Part shown: one piece after another, positions 63,756 through 64,000 of the stretch
Position numbering within the stretch: the stretch's first letter is position 1
Layout of the letters: each line of letters starts with the position of its first letter
Assembly (NCBI RefSeq): GCF_006345805.1
Contig: NC_043004.1
Span: forward strand, 17,484,001 to 17,548,000
From: Octopus sinensis
Lineage: Eukaryota
Direction of reading: 5' to 3'
DNA: 64,000 bases
The notes under the pieces: model-generated
Databases searched by the model: none
Told to the model about the DNA's origin: nothing
Seen by the model: the letters and a program-made list of their open reading frames with translations, nothing else
Position numbers and translations under genes: made by a program

Positions 63756-63820
63756 AATACACACACACACGCACACCACACACACACACACACACACACC
63801 ACACACACACACACACACAC
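63756..63820. repeat. (CA)n microsatellite
   Basis: Direct reading. Confidence 0.95.
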
Positions 63821-64000
63821 ATGGATGGTGACGCTAAAGTAACGTGAAAAACACTTTGAAAAAAATACCTATATAAGACTACTTTAATTCTTTAGTGCTA
63901 CACTTACTAATAATTAGTAACATAGTCTAATACATACTTGATAGCCAGCCACAAAAGCTGTTGAAAGGAAGAAATAATTTTAACCAACAGTATACCCGGA

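Noticed and set aside
63557-63820. 87-aa minus-strand ORF as a host gene
   Set aside because: The N-terminus is (TG)n read-through, and the remainder is probably upstream remnant of the adjacent R4/Dong LINE.

Overview
AT-rich eukaryotic DNA dominated by microsatellites and interspersed repeats. The SINE families match those I recognise from Octopus/coleoid cephalopods, which is recognition and not a database result. No host-gene exon, rRNA, true tRNA or CRISPR array can be supported, and almost all ORF-track entries are microsatellite or repeat read-through. Recognisable elements: a near-complete frameshifted CR1-type LINE ORF2 (0.7-3.8 kb, -), a decayed full-length mariner (9.7-10.9 kb, -), an internally deleted mariner with intact TIRs (49.6-50.2 kb), two further Tc1/mariner fragments, two copies of a non-autonomous Helitron, piggyBac-, hAT- and Tc1-type MITEs, a Neptune-type Penelope-like element (PLE) fragment (32.3-33.4 kb, -), an R4/Dong-type RLE LINE 3' part (62.3-63.6 kb, -) and dozens of tRNA-derived SINEs. 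The most interesting signals are (i) a family of about 200-bp non-coding modules carrying minimal type-I hammerhead ribozyme cores, often in inverted pairs, (ii) a 540-bp-unit tandem/fold-back array with a hammerhead-like motif in the unit (retrozyme-like) next to a second palindrome, and (iii) several long inverted repeats. Coordinates of degenerate repeats are approximate, and identities are judged by eye.
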